A stretch of DNA of 64,000 nt from positions 1,728,001 to 1,792,000 of the forward strand of contig OY769902.1 in NCBI GenBank assembly GCA_963669175.1, in the 5' to 3' direction. Positions within the stretch are counted from its first letter, which is position 1. Every line of letters begins with the position of its first letter. This DNA is from a bacterium (GTDB taxonomy: Bacteria > Electryoneota > Electryoneia > Electryoneales > Electryoneaceae). The translations under genes were made by a program, and so were the position numbers. Below are positions 63,519-64,000 of this stretch, one piece after another. The notes beneath the pieces were generated by a model. It was not told the origin of the DNA. It worked only from the letters and a program-made list of their open reading frames with translations, and did not search any database.

Positions 63519-64000
63519 ACGATATACACGACCGAAGATTGGCGCCATCTGGACAGATGAAGCCAGGTTCAGAACATGGCTGCAGGTTGAGCTTGCAGTA
63601 TGCAAATCCTGGGCAAAACGTGGCAGGATTCCGGAAGAAGCGTTGAATACCATTCTTGACAAGGCGGATTTCGATACTGAAGAGATCCTGACCATTGAAA
63701 AGACGGTACGACATGATGTAATCGCGTTTCTGACCAGTGTAGCGCGTCATGTCGGCGCGGATTCGCGATATATCCACCTGGGCATGACCTCTTCGGACAT
63801 GCTGGATACTGCTTTGGCGCTGCAACTGAAGCAGGTTGCGCCCTTGCTCCTGGATGGCTGCGAACGGCTCAAAAATGCGCTGAAAGAGAAAGCGCTGAAG
63901 TATCGTCGTTTGCCTGCAATCGGACGTACGCATGGTGTCCATGCCGAGCCGGTGGCGTTCGGATTGCGATTTGCGCGTTTCTACGAGCAGATGGACCGCG
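63511..64000 (+). CDS. purB: Adenylosuccinate lyase (partial, runs off the window)
   Basis: Read manually from GTG 63511: MIERYTRP...RHDVIAFL...IHLGMTSSD...GRTHGVHAEP. Confidence 0.95.
   Translation, partial: MIERYTRPKIGAIWTDEARFRTWLQVELAVCKSWAKRGRIPEEALNTILDKADFDTEEILTIEKTVRHDVIAFLTSVARHVGADSRYIHLGMTSSDMLDTALALQLKQVAPLLLDGCERLKNALKEKALKYRRLPAIGRTHGVHAEPVAFGLRFARFYEQMDR

Overview
About 64 kb of bacterial chromosome, probably from an FCB-superphylum lineage. That placement is inferred from a T9SS/Por-type C-terminal sorting tail, several beta-barrel proteins and a lipoprotein multiheme cytochrome. The backbone is housekeeping: ALDH, an MCE/Mla ABC operon, ybaB-dnaX, uvrB, glnS, prfA-prmC, dapA/dapB, glnA-glnB, a ychF-like gene, cls, truA, fsa/tal, htrA and purB. 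Accessory loci include a Tat-type LIM + DA1 metallopeptidase, a secreted protein with a PNGase-like GRCGE core, a three-gene exported-protein/FecR/barrel operon, a divergent alr-M20 / GNAT-racemase-SSS cluster with a long structured leader, a collagen-stalked nonaheme cytochrome and a head-to-head pair of POTRA-less Omp85 paralogs. Intergenic DNA is rich in repeats: an intact IS701-like element with a 7-bp target duplication, a 396-bp MITE with IS50/Tn5-like ends nested in a REP-like element, four copies of a four-site AAGG-N9-CCTT cassette, CAGGAT inverted elements, and tandem arrays next to hairpin arms. I recognised no rRNA, tRNA or CRISPR array. All calls come from visual motif recognition, not database searches, and start codons were refined by eye.
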